Assembly (NCBI GenBank): GCA_947165475.1
Contig: CAMVAN010000001.1
Coordinates: forward strand, 1-55,407
DNA: 55,407 nt
Source of the DNA: an uncultured Bacillales bacterium
Lineage (GTDB): Bacteria > Bacillota_I > Bacilli_A > RF39 > UBA660
Direction: 5' to 3'
The notes below the pieces were generated by a model. It was given only the letters and a program-made list of their open reading frames with translations. It was not told the origin of the DNA and ran no database searches. Made by a program: the position numbers and the translations under genes. The number at the start of each line of letters is the position of its first letter. Positions within the stretch are counted from its first letter, which is position 1. Below, piece after piece: positions 34,554-44,004 of this stretch.

Positions 34554-36263
34554 ATGAACAATAAAAAAACCAATGAAACAAAAATAATTGTTTTAGGTGG
34601 TTTAGGAGAAGTCGGAAAAAATATGTATTGTGTAATGCACAATGATGCTATTGTTATTATTGATGCCGGGGTAAGCTTCCCAGAAAGTGAATTAATGGGA
34701 GTGGATTATGTTCTACCAGATTTTACATTTTTAAAAGAAAATGAAGATAAAATCAAAGCATTGTTAATTACACATGGGCATGAAGATCATATAGGAAGTA
34801 TTCCCTTCCTTCTACAAACTATTAATATTCCAGCAATATATGCACCAAATCATGCCAAAGAATTAATTGCTGTAAAATTACAAGATAGGAATATTCGTTA
34901 TGATAATTTATTTGTATATACGGATAAAACAAAACTTAAATTTAAAGAAATCGAAGTAGAATTTTTTAGAATCACTCACTCCATTCCAGATTCACATGGA
35001 ATAAGCTTAAAAACCCCAGATGGAAGAATAGTTACAACCGGAGATTACAAATTTGATTTAACTCCAATTGGTCCAATGGCTGATTTATACAAAATGGCAA
35101 AATTAGGAGAAGAAGGAGTTGATTTATTAATTGGTGATTCAACAAATGCGCTTAACGAAGGTTTTTCAAATAGTGAATCAGTTGTAGATGAAACCTTAAA
35201 TGAAATGTTTGCAAAATGCAAAACAAATAGAATTATCATAGCAACATTTGCTTCCAATATTTATCGAGTAAAACATATTTTTGAAACCTGTTATAAAAAT
35301 AAAAGAAAAATATGTATTTTTGGAAGAAGTATGGAAAATAATATTAACATTTCCCTAAATGGTGGATATATAGATCACAAAGAACTATTAATTTCACCTG
35401 AAGAAGCCAATAATTTAAAACCAAATGAAGTTGCAATATTATGTACAGGAAGTCAAGGAGAACCTTTAGCAGCTCTATCAAGAATTGCAAATGGAACACA
35501 TAAGCAAATAAAATTAAGACCCGATGATGTAGTAATATTCTCATCATCTGCTATTCCAGGAAATGCACTAAGTATTTCAAAAACAATCAATAAATTATAC
35601 TTAAAAGGAGTTAAAGTTTACACAAATAATGTTCTTCAAGATTTACATACATCAGGCCATGCAAATGAAGAAGAAATAAAATTAATGATTAGATTAATAA
35701 AACCAAAATATTTAATGCCATTCCATGGAGACTATAGAATGCTAAAAAAACAAGCAAATATAGGAATAAATTGTGGAATCCCAAAAGAAAATACATTTAT
35801 ATTAAAAAATGGTGATACATTAGTTTTAAAAAACCACATAATAACTCGAGGAGATAGTAAACCAGGAGCAGATATTTACGTTGATGGAAACAGAATCGGA
35901 GAAATAGGAAGCGCAGTAATAAAAGATAGAAAAATAATGTCCAATGATGGTATATTAGTAGTAATAATTAATGTTGATATGAAAAAAAGAGAATTACTTA
36001 TAAAACCAAATATAACAACAAGAGGTTTTATTTTAGTAAATGAAAATGAAGAACTAATTCATAAAATTGAAAATAAAGCAGAACAAACAATACAAAATGC
36101 ATTATCAAATCCTAAATCAACCTTTGCAACCCTAAAATCAGATATTACAGATGCATTATATCCGTTAATAAACAACTTAACTGGAAGGAAACCTATAATA
36201 TTACCTGTAATAATAGACATAAAAAGGGAAAAAAACATCATATCCGATAATAATAATGATTAG
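34554..36263 (+). CDS. rnjA: Ribonuclease J
   Basis: IIVLGGLGEVGKNMY, the metallo-beta-lactamase motif THGHEDHIG, a beta-CASP region and HTSGHA. An AAAGGAG RBS lies upstream and the start is moved to 34554. Confidence 0.95.
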   Translation: MNNKKTNETKIIVLGGLGEVGKNMYCVMHNDAIVIIDAGVSFPESELMGVDYVLPDFTFLKENEDKIKALLITHGHEDHIGSIPFLLQTINIPAIYAPNHAKELIAVKLQDRNIRYDNLFVYTDKTKLKFKEIEVEFFRITHSIPDSHGISLKTPDGRIVTTGDYKFDLTPIGPMADLYKMAKLGEEGVDLLIGDSTNALNEGFSNSESVVDETLNEMFAKCKTNRIIIATFASNIYRVKHIFETCYKNKRKICIFGRSMENNINISLNGGYIDHKELLISPEEANNLKPNEVAILCTGSQGEPLAALSRIANGTHKQIKLRPDDVVIFSSSAIPGNALSISKTINKLYLKGVKVYTNNVLQDLHTSGHANEEEIKLMIRLIKPKYLMPFHGDYRMLKKQANIGINCGIPKENTFILKNGDTLVLKNHIITRGDSKPGADIYVDGNRIGEIGSAVIKDRKIMSNDGILVVIINVDMKKRELLIKPNITTRGFILVNENEELIHKIENKAEQTIQNALSNPKSTFATLKSDITDALYPLINNLTGRKPIILPVIIDIKREKNIISDNNND

Positions 36264-36594
36264 CAATTAATTCTTTAGTGTGGTATAAATCACTATGAAA
36301 AAATAAAGAAAGAGAAAAGTAAAAAACTCTTTCTTTTTTATTTGGAATTAACAATAGAATCTGATATTGTTCCCATGTAATAGAATTTAAATTAAAGGTA
36401 AAAATAGGAAAATTTAAATAAAACCTTTTCATGAAATGAATATTTTCTCGAGTATATAGTTTACTATTACCATAATAATAAGAATAATAATCAGCATATT
36501 TTTGAAAAACATTATCATATAACAATTCATTTTCATATGCTTTTTTTCCAATATTCCAAAATAAATATAATTTTGAACAACTCATCAATATCAC
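36238..36594 (-). pseudogene. Truncated DUF1016/YhcG-type gene: N-terminal domain only, PD-(D/E)xK nuclease domain missing
   Basis: LFWNIGKKAY.., YTRENIHFMKRFYLNFP and ITWEQYQILLLIPNKKERVFYF match the DUF1016 N-domain pattern (LYWxIGK / NLxxMRxFY / LxWxHYxxLL..R.FY). The ORF stops after 118 aa inside the 3' end of rnjA. Confidence 0.5.
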
Positions 36595-36656
36595 CTCCTA
36601 ATATATTATTCTTATAAAACAAAAAAAATCTAATAGAAACTAATAGACTTTTTTAT

Positions 36657-36848
36657 TATTTTTTTGTAAAATACCCTGGTAAATTATCTTTACCATCTAT
36701 CCTTGCATATTCATCATCTATTTTATTTGAATCATACGTTGTTCCATTTCCACCAACTAATTTTATATCATTTTAAAACATAAAACATATATTGCATATT
36801 TTTTACATTTGAACTATCAAAGTTACTTAAATCAATTTTTTCTGCCAT
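36657..36848 (-). pseudogene. Two out-of-frame fragments of a DUF285/BspA-like surface protein gene
   Basis: Fragment 1 (36848-36768) reads MAEKIDLSNFDSSNVKNMQYMFYVLK*, which has the DUF285 signature LSxxDxSNVxNMxYMF. Fragment 2 (36760-36657) reads LVGGNGTTYDSNKIDDEYARIDGKDNLPGYFTKK*, a typical C-terminal end of such proteins. The two are in different frames with stops between them. Confidence 0.45.
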
Positions 36849-36979
36849 AGAATAATAGAACATAAAACATAAAAAAAACAATAAAATATAAAAATATATA
36901 TCAAAAAGATTGAACTATTATAAAAAAGATATAAAGACCAATAATAATTTATAAATATAATAATAAGAAAAAAAAGAAG

Positions 36980-38533
36980 CTATTTTGCTTCTTCTATAGC
37001 CCTTGTTTCACGAACAACAGTAATTTTTATTGTTCCGGGATATTTCATATTAGCTTCAATTTTCTCTTTTATTTCACGAGCTATACGATGAGATTCTAAA
37101 TCATCAACATCATCCGGTTTAACAACAACTCTTAATTCACGTCCAGCTTGAACCGCATAAGTTTTATCAACACCCTTTATCTCATTACCAATTTCTTCTA
37201 ATTGAGATAAACGCTGAATATAATTTTCTAAAGAATCATTTCTAGCTCCTGGTCTAGAAGCAGATAAAGCATCCGCAATTGCAACAATAACAGAAATAAC
37301 TGAAGTAGCAGGAACATCTCCATGATGAGACGCAATAGCATTTATAACAACTTCATTTTCCTTGTATTTCTTAGCAATATCAACACCAATATCTACATGG
37401 CTACCCTCAACTTCATGATCAATTGCTTTTCCTATATCATGTAATAGTCCAGCTCTCTTTGCCAACGCAACGTTCTCACCAAGTTCTCCAGCAATAATTC
37501 CAGATAACTCAGCAACCTCTTTTGAATGCTGTAATGCATTTTGACCATAGCTTGTACGAAAATGTAATTTACCAATTATTTCAATCAATTCTGGATCAAA
37601 TTTTGTAAGCCCTAATTCAAAAGTTGTATTTTGACCAAACTCAATTATTTTTTGTTTAATTTCTTTACAAGTTTTATCATATAATTCTTCAATTCTAGTT
37701 GGATGAATTCTACCATCTTTAATTAAGTTTTCTAATGTAACTCTAGCAATTTCTCTTCTTAAAGGATCAAAACTTGATAAAACTACAGCTTCAGGAGTAT
37801 CATCAATAATCAAATCAACACCTGTAATTGCCTCAATAGTACGAATATTTCTACCCTCTCGTCCAATAATTCTTCCTTTCATTTCATCATTTGGTAAGTC
37901 AACAACAGTAACAGTTTGATCACTAGCAATATCTGCAGCATATCTTTGCATAGAAGAAATAATCATTTCTCTTGCCCTCTTATCAGCTTCCAACTTTGCT
38001 TCATTTTCCGCTTCACGAATATACTCAGATATCTCCTTAGACATGCTCTCCTTAACCTTACTCATAACAAGTTCTCTAGCTTTTTCCTTACTAAACTTAG
38101 AAATTTTTTCCAATAAATCTAGTTGTTCCTTTTTTATTTCTTCCACTTTACTTTTTTCTTCTTGAATTTCATCTTGTTTTAAAGAAAGTTTATTTTCGCG
38201 TTCATCTAAAGCAGTCTCACGTTTTTGATACATCTCATCACGTTTATCAATACTAGCTTCTCGTTGTAACAATCTATTTTCACTTTCTTTTAGCTCTTCT
38301 TTTTTCTCACGAATCTCTTTATCCAATTCCATCTTTGCTTTATGAGCTTCTTCTTTTTGTTCTATTGCAGCATCTCTTTTAAGTTTTTCAATTTCTTTTT
38401 TAGCTTGAGCAATCATAATTTCAGCTTTTTTTGATGCCAAATTACTACGTAAAGAATTAACTATAAAAGAAACTACAAATCCTATAATTAAACCAATAAT
38501 AACAAGTAAAATGGAGAATAATAAGTTATTCAT
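36980..38533 (-). CDS. rny: Ribonuclease Y
   Basis: N-terminal [20 protein letters not shown], a coiled coil, KH domain ([12 protein letters not shown]) and HD domain (LLHDIGKA). A GGAGGA RBS lies upstream and the start is moved to 38533. Confidence 0.95.
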   Translation of the reverse strand: MNNLLFSILLVIIGLIIGFVVSFIVNSLRSNLASKKAEIMIAQAKKEIEKLKRDAAIEQKEEAHKAKMELDKEIREKKEELKESENRLLQREASIDKRDEMYQKRETALDERENKLSLKQDEIQEEKSKVEEIKKEQLDLLEKISKFSKEKARELVMSKVKESMSKEISEYIREAENEAKLEADKRAREMIISSMQRYAADIASDQTVTVVDLPNDEMKGRIIGREGRNIRTIEAITGVDLIIDDTPEAVVLSSFDPLRREIARVTLENLIKDGRIHPTRIEELYDKTCKEIKQKIIEFGQNTTFELGLTKFDPELIEIIGKLHFRTSYGQNALQHSKEVAELSGIIAGELGENVALAKRAGLLHDIGKAIDHEVEGSHVDIGVDIAKKYKENEVVINAIASHHGDVPATSVISVIVAIADALSASRPGARNDSLENYIQRLSQLEEIGNEIKGVDKTYAVQAGRELRVVVKPDDVDDLESHRIAREIKEKIEANMKYPGTIKITVVRETRAIEEAK

Positions 38534-38578
38534 ATATTCCTCCATTCTAGATTAATCGATTACCACTAATCTAGTTCT

Positions 38579-38607
38579 ATTTTAGTTGGATTTTAAACCC
38601 TTGTCAA
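38579..38607 (-). promoter_or_regulatory. Sigma-A-type promoter of rny, followed by a 5'-UTR hairpin
   Basis: On the minus strand: TTGACA, 17 nt, TAAAAT. An 8-bp perfect inverted repeat ctagatta..taatctag (38547-38574) lies in the leader just upstream of the RBS. Confidence 0.5.
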
Positions 38608-38644
38608 GTAAAACAAAAATCAGATGAAATCAAATAAATAAAAA

Positions 38645-40033
38645 TTATATAAAATAATTTTTAATAACATCATAATCAGAATAAGGTATTTTTTTATTTT
38701 CAATTGCCATATAATTATCTCTTCCTTTTCCAATTACTAAAACAGTACTATTGTCATTTGCTATAGAAAGAGCATATTCAATAGCTTCCTTTCTATTTTT
38801 TATTCTAATATAATTTTTATTATCACCCACCATCTGATTAATAATATCATCTACATCTTCATATCTAGGATCATCCATAGTAAAAATGGCAACATCACTA
38901 TTATCAATAATCATTTGACCAATTATTGGTCTCTTATCCTTATCTCTACCACCAGCTGCCCCAGTAACAACAATTAAACTATCATTTTTATAAGCATCTA
39001 AAATACTATCTACAGCATGAATTGTATGAGCGTAATCTAATACTATTTTAAATTTTTGTCCATAGTTTAATTCCTCACATCTACCTTTTACTCTATTCAA
39101 CTTTTTTATTTTTTCAATAATAAGACCTTCATCAATTCCAGCATTTCTCGCAATTAAAAAAGCTAAAACAACATTATAAATATTAAACTTTTCAAAAAAA
39201 GGAGACAATATTTCAATATTTTTATTATTAAATTTATCAACCAAAACGATTAATAAAAAATTATCTTTTTTTTCAACTTTTTTAATACAAAAATCACACA
39301 TTTTTGAAAACCCATACGTATAATATTTATTTTTTATTAAAATATTTTTTAAGTTTTTATCATCTCCATTAATTAACACTATTCCATCATCTTGAACAAA
39401 ATCTACAATCTTCAACTTACATTTTAAATAATTTTCAAAAGACCCATGAACACTCAAATGATCACCTGTAACATTAGTTATACCAACAACTTTAAAACAA
39501 AAATCTTTTATTCTATCATGTAGTAAAGCTTCACTAGATACTTCCATAGACACATTTTTTATATTATTTTTTTTTATTTTATCTAAACTATCATATAGTT
39601 CAGATATACAAGGAGTCGTATTGGACAAAGGATACTCTTCACTACCTATAACTAGTCCATTTGTCCCTATATATGCACAAGAATCAATAAGCTGACTAAC
39701 AATAAAAGCAGTAGTAGTTTTCCCATCTGTCCCAGTAATACCATAAAAATTATAATTATCTAAATCTATATCATAATATTTTTTACATAAATCATTGTAA
39801 TAATCATTAATATTATCCACAATAATATGTGGAAAATCTATTTCTATTTTTCTATCAACAACTAAAAAAACACAACCATTAGCAATAGCTTCATTTATAT
39901 ATTTAAAATGATCAACATAATATCCACTTGTTGCAACAAAAATATACCCATCTTTTATACACTTATAATCATCAGTAATCCCATAAACATTAACATCTAA
40001 ATCATAATTAATTATAGCATTTAATTTTTTCAT
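38645..40033 (-). CDS. Mur ligase, MurE-type (UDP-MurNAc-L-Ala-D-Glu : diamino acid ligase)
   Basis: The ATP-binding motif is GITGTDGKTTTA, with a central Mur ligase domain and a C-terminal MDDPRYED (DNPR-like, Arg retained). A GGAGGG RBS lies upstream and the start is moved to 40033. Confidence 0.8.
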   Translation of the reverse strand: MKKLNAIINYDLDVNVYGITDDYKCIKDGYIFVATSGYYVDHFKYINEAIANGCVFLVVDRKIEIDFPHIIVDNINDYYNDLCKKYYDIDLDNYNFYGITGTDGKTTTAFIVSQLIDSCAYIGTNGLVIGSEEYPLSNTTPCISELYDSLDKIKKNNIKNVSMEVSSEALLHDRIKDFCFKVVGITNVTGDHLSVHGSFENYLKCKLKIVDFVQDDGIVLINGDDKNLKNILIKNKYYTYGFSKMCDFCIKKVEKKDNFLLIVLVDKFNNKNIEILSPFFEKFNIYNVVLAFLIARNAGIDEGLIIEKIKKLNRVKGRCEELNYGQKFKIVLDYAHTIHAVDSILDAYKNDSLIVVTGAAGGRDKDKRPIIGQMIIDNSDVAIFTMDDPRYEDVDDIINQMVGDNKNYIRIKNRKEAIEYALSIANDNSTVLVIGKGRDNYMAIENKKIPYSDYDVIKNYFI

Positions 40034-40096
40034 AAATCCCTCCAATTAAATATATGATTTTTTTAACACACTAATTATCACAAAAAAAAGAAGTTA

Positions 40097-41143
40097 TTAA
40101 TCTTCTTTTCCTTTTTTAGAGTCCTTATCAGTAGATATTGCAATATCATAAAAATCACGAACCTTTTTCTCTAGCTCTTTACATAAATCAGGATTATCTT
40201 TTAGTAAAAGCTTTACATTTTCTTTTCCCTGTCCAAGTTTCTCACCTTGATAAGAATACCAAGCTCCTGTCTTTTCAACAATTCCTGCCTCACTTGCCAA
40301 ATCAATAACTTCTCCCTCTCTAGATACTCCTTCACCATACATAATATCAACAACGCATGACTTAAATGGTGGAGCAACCTTATTCTTTACAACTTTGACA
40401 TTTGTTTTATTACCAACCACTCCATCTCCCATTTTTAATTGTTCACTACGTCTTATTTCTAAACGAATACTAGAATAAAATTTTAATGCTCTTCCGCCAG
40501 TAGTCGTTTCAGGATTTCCAAACATAACACCAACTTTTTCACGTAATTGATTAATAAAAATAACTGTTGTATTAGTTTTACTAATAGTTCCATTAAGTTT
40601 TCTAAGTGCTTGCGACATTAATCTTGCTTGTAATCCAACATGAGAGTCACCCATTTCACCATCAATTTCAGCTTGTGGAACAAGAGCTGCAACAGAATCT
40701 ATAACAATGATACTAATCGCTTCACTTCGAACTAACGCATCACATATTTCTAAAGCCTGCTCCCCAGTATCCGGTTGAGAAAGTAACAATTCATTAATAT
40801 TAACTCCCAATCGTTCTGCATAAACTGGATCTAGAGCATGTTCTGCATCAATAAAAGCTGCTCTTCCCCCTAATTTTTGATGTTCAGCGATAGCTTGAAG
40901 AGCGAATGTAGTTTTTCCACTAGACTCAGGTCCATAAATTTCAATTATTCTACCTTTAGGATATCCACCAACACCTAAAGCAATATCTAGTGATAAAACC
41001 CCACTAGAAATAACATCAACCTTCATATGCTTATTATCCCCAAGCTTCATTATAGATCCTTTTCCAAATTGCTTTTCAATATCATTTAATACTTGTTCTA
41101 AAGCCTTATCTTTATCTTTAACAACTTCCTTACTTGCTGCCAT
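40097..41143 (-). CDS. recA: Recombinase RecA
   Basis: GPESSGKTT, the L1/L2 loops and [28 protein letters not shown]. Confidence 0.98.
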   Translation of the reverse strand: MAASKEVVKDKDKALEQVLNDIEKQFGKGSIMKLGDNKHMKVDVISSGVLSLDIALGVGGYPKGRIIEIYGPESSGKTTFALQAIAEHQKLGGRAAFIDAEHALDPVYAERLGVNINELLLSQPDTGEQALEICDALVRSEAISIIVIDSVAALVPQAEIDGEMGDSHVGLQARLMSQALRKLNGTISKTNTTVIFINQLREKVGVMFGNPETTTGGRALKFYSSIRLEIRRSEQLKMGDGVVGNKTNVKVVKNKVAPPFKSCVVDIMYGEGVSREGEVIDLASEAGIVEKTGAWYSYQGEKLGQGKENVKLLLKDNPDLCKELEKKVRDFYDIAISTDKDSKKGKED

Positions 41144-41177
41144 AACAAATCCTCCCTCGTAAATAACTTACAAAATC

Positions 41178-41206
41178 ATTGTATAATAACTTTATTATTT
41201 TTGCAA
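41178..41206 (-). promoter_or_regulatory. Sigma-A-type promoter of recA
   Basis: On the minus strand: TTGCAA (41206-41201), 17 nt, TACAAT (41183-41178). Confidence 0.5.
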
Positions 41207-41215
41207 TACCATTTT

Positions 41216-41229
41216 CGAACAAATGTTTT
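41216..41229. promoter_or_regulatory. LexA (Cheo/SOS) box candidate upstream of recA
   Basis: CGAACAAATGTTTT versus the Gram-positive consensus CGAAC-N4-GTTCG. GAAC-N4-GTT is conserved, with mismatches at the last two positions. It lies 9 nt upstream of the -35 box. Confidence 0.5.
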
Positions 41230-41320
41230 TTATAAATCACCAATATTTTAATATCAAAAATAAAAAACCTCTTACCAAAAAAGAGATTTTTAAAACTTTA
41301 AATACCAAAAATATATATTT

Positions 41321-41914
41321 TCATTTTTTTTCAAATAATAAGCCCTTATTTAAATGAAAATATTCAAAAGCACTTATAATAGATAAAATACAAGCCAAAT
41401 ATACTAGCAATAAATCAACTCTTAAACCAATAAATTCAAAGGGTATATTATAAAAAAATACTAATACGAGTCCAATCATCATAGAAGCAGTCTTATATTT
41501 ACCAGATTTAATAGCAGCAACTACAACACCCTTACTTGCTGCCTGCATTTTAATAGCATCAACAACAATATCTCTAGTAATATAAATAACTGGAACAACA
41601 GGATTAATAAATCCATTAGTTGAAAGTAAAATTAAAATAGGATTTACTAAAACTTTATCAGCAATAGCATCCAACATTTTTCCTGTATCAGTAACCATAT
41701 TATTCTTTCTAGCAAGATATCCATCTAAAAAATCGGTTAGACTTGCTATGATAAAAATAATACCAGCAATAATATATTTCAAATCAACAATGACTCCAGC
41801 AACTAAATAAGTAGGAAATTGTATTCCAAAACTAGAAAATGGTAGCCACAATAATAAGACAATAAATATAGTTAAAATCAAACGTAAAACCGTAATCTTA
41901 GTAGGTAAATTCAT
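41321..41914 (-). CDS. pgsA: CDP-diacylglycerol--glycerol-3-phosphate 3-phosphatidyltransferase
   Basis: The CDP-alcohol phosphatidyltransferase motif is DGYLARKNNMVTDTGKMLDAIADK. Start moved to MNLPTKITVLR (41914). Confidence 0.9.
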   Translation of the reverse strand: MNLPTKITVLRLILTIFIVLLLWLPFSSFGIQFPTYLVAGVIVDLKYIIAGIIFIIASLTDFLDGYLARKNNMVTDTGKMLDAIADKVLVNPILILLSTNGFINPVVPVIYITRDIVVDAIKMQAASKGVVVAAIKSGKYKTASMMIGLVLVFFYNIPFEFIGLRVDLLLVYLACILSIISAFEYFHLNKGLLFEKK

Positions 41915-42392
41915 AAATATAATTCCTTTCTTCAAAACCTTTAAGTTCATCAACCCTTCGAGGAACTTTATTAACATTACTAATAATTATATACAACAAT
42001 AATGTAAATAATAATAAAGCAATTCCTCCATAAATAAAAGGCCAATAATTAAATTTTTCTTTATATTCTTTTGTATAAGGAGATTGTACTTTTTTCTCAT
42101 TATCATTTTTTTTCTTCTGTGCCTCTATTATATCATCTAAAGAAATTTTAGAAGTATGTTGAAATAAAAAACAATTAAATTCATCCACAATTTTATCAGA
42201 ATCTAATCCTAAATATTTAGCATAAACCTTAATAGAATCTTTTAAATCGTAAACATCCTTGAATGCTCGAACATTCCCACTCTCTATATTCTCTAACTGA
42301 GAAGTAGAAAACTCAAGATCTTCGCACGCTTCAGTAATGCTAACTCCATTTTTTATTCTAGATTGTTTTAAATATTCACCAAGTTCTTTCAT
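41898..42392 (-). CDS. rodZ: RodZ-like membrane-anchored XRE-type HTH protein
   Basis: MKELGEYLKQSRIKNGVSITEACEDL..QLENIESG is an HTH, with one TM (WPFIYGGIALLLFTLLLYIII). It sits upstream of pgsA as ymfM/rodZ does in Bacillus. The track start at 42476 is rejected because it runs into rnpB. Confidence 0.7.
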   Translation of the reverse strand: MKELGEYLKQSRIKNGVSITEACEDLEFSTSQLENIESGNVRAFKDVYDLKDSIKVYAKYLGLDSDKIVDEFNCFLFQHTSKISLDDIIEAQKKKNDNEKKVQSPYTKEYKEKFNYWPFIYGGIALLLFTLLLYIIISNVNKVPRRVDELKGFEERNYIYEFTY

Positions 42393-42420
42393 ATCACACC
42401 TCATAAAAATAATAACAATA

Positions 42421-42764
42421 AAATATAAATAAGCCATGTTCTGTACCCAGTTGGGCGACAAACATTTATCTACCAATTTCTTGGTCCCTAAATCCGTTCG
42501 TTTCCTTCATTAGGACTCCCCTACCAAATTTGGGTTTCTCACTCGTGGGGTTTACCGCGTTTCATTCTTCCTTTTCAGGAAGCATCGTTTCTGTGGCACT
42601 TTATGGACTTTTCCATATCAAAAGACACAGGAAAATAATCCGCCGTTAGTAAAAACTACCCTAGGTTATTTTTTCCCTAGGCACGAACACTACAATCATC
42701 ACAGATTGTGTGAGCATGGACTTTCCTCAAGAATTATAAAATCCCAGCGTTTGTCTATATATTT
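42421..42764 (-). ncRNA. rnpB: RNase P RNA, type B (ends approximate, +/-15 nt)
   Basis: The minus strand contains GAGGAAAGTCCATGCTCACAC, AGTGCCACAGAAACG, AACGCGGTAAACCCCACGAGTGAGAAACCCAAATTTGGTAGGGGA and GGGTACAGAACATGGCTTA. These are the conserved P4, J11/12, P15 and P4' blocks of Bacillus-type RNase P RNA. It lies next to gpsB as in B. subtilis. Confidence 0.85.
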
Positions 42765-43128
42765 AATTGTTATCACTTAAATCATCATTTCCCAAATTAT
42801 CACTTTGTAAACCATAAACCATTTTCTCTAATTGAGATAATCTTCTAATAATATCAACATTAGTTACATCACTATGTGATCTAGTATTAGAAACAACCTC
42901 CATATTTAATTTAGAATTTCTAAGTTGTTGTTTTAAATTCATAACTTCAGAAAGCAAATCAGCTTTTTCTTTCTCTAAATTATTGATAATCTCAAGAAAC
43001 TGCTCATAATCACTTATAATATCATCCAAGAATTGATCAACTTCTTTTAAACGATATCCTCTCGTATCAATCTTAAAATTTTTCTCAAGAATATCTTGAG
43101 GAGTAAGTTTAATTTTATTTTGATACAT
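42763..43128 (-). CDS. gpsB: Cell-cycle protein GpsB (DivIVA-domain)
   Basis: LTPQDILEKNFKIDTRGYRLKEVDQFLDDIISDYE is the DivIVA/GpsB N-domain, followed by a coiled coil; 121 aa. Confidence 0.85.
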   Translation of the reverse strand: MYQNKIKLTPQDILEKNFKIDTRGYRLKEVDQFLDDIISDYEQFLEIINNLEKEKADLLSEVMNLKQQLRNSKLNMEVVSNTRSHSDVTNVDIIRRLSQLEKMVYGLQSDNLGNDDLSDNN

Positions 43129-43410
43129 TTTATCACCAATCCCTTATAACAATATTATGTCATTACTTCTGTCTTTTGTCAATTCTAATGGTATTTATTA
43201 ATATTTTCCTTTCAATATAATTAGTCTTTAAAAGCATATCATTTAGTATTTTATTTATTTCCCATGAACTCATTTTAATCACCAAATATATAATAATTTA
43301 TTTTATATAAAAAAAAACAAAAACGACAAAACTAGAAATAAAAATACAAGAAAATGAAAATATGTAGAAAAAAACAAAAGAATATAGTATAATGAATGAT
43401 AGGTGATGAG

Positions 43411-44004
43411 ATGAACTACCCAAACGGAATAAAAAAAAATCTCTCTATAAATAATAACCTTATTCATACAAATATTAACTATGGAAATAGAGGAATGACT
43501 TTAGAAGGAGAGTTAAATCTAACAAATGAATATTACCGAGAAATAGATAAAGCATACATATATAAAAAACCCACACCTATCAAAATAACGAAAGTTGATT
43601 ATCCATCAAGAGATAAAGCCGTAATAAAAGAAGCTTTTTTTACAATTCCATCAACTACAGATTATAATGGAATATATAATGGTAAATATATTGACTTCGA
43701 AGCAAAAGAAACAGCAAGTAAAACAGCATTTACCTTACAAAACATTCATCCACATCAAATAAAACATATTGAAAACATATATAAGCAAAAAGGAATTGTA
43801 TTTTTAATTATAAGATTTACTACATTAAACGAAACTTATTTATTACGAGCAAAAGAATTTTTAGAATTTATTAGTAAAGAAAAAAGAAAATCTATTCCAA
43901 TCCAATATTTTAGAGAAAAGGCACATATAATAAAAGATGGATATAAACCAAGAATAGATTATTTAAAAGTAATTGATACTTTTTATGGATATGGAGGTAT
44001 ATAA
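43411..44004 (+). CDS. recU: Holliday junction resolvase RecU
   Basis: MNYPNG..NYGNRGMTLEGELN..YKKPTPIKI..DYNGIY.GKYIDFEAKET. Start moved to 43411 (AGGTGA RBS). The stop overlaps the ponA ATG by 1 nt. Confidence 0.9.
   Translation: MNYPNGIKKNLSINNNLIHTNINYGNRGMTLEGELNLTNEYYREIDKAYIYKKPTPIKITKVDYPSRDKAVIKEAFFTIPSTTDYNGIYNGKYIDFEAKETASKTAFTLQNIHPHQIKHIENIYKQKGIVFLIIRFTTLNETYLLRAKEFLEFISKEKRKSIPIQYFREKAHIIKDGYKPRIDYLKVIDTFYGYGGI

Noticed and set aside
41260-41300. A ctctt/aagag hairpin followed by a T-run downstream of pgsA, as a possible terminator.
   Set aside because: The stem is only 5 bp, which is too weak to call.
43163-43273. A 36-aa minus-strand ORF (MSSWEINKILNDMLLKTNYIERKILINTIRIDKRQK) with a GGTGA RBS in the gpsB-recU intergenic region.
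   Set aside because: It is too short and has no recognisable family. It could be real, but the sequence alone does not support a call.
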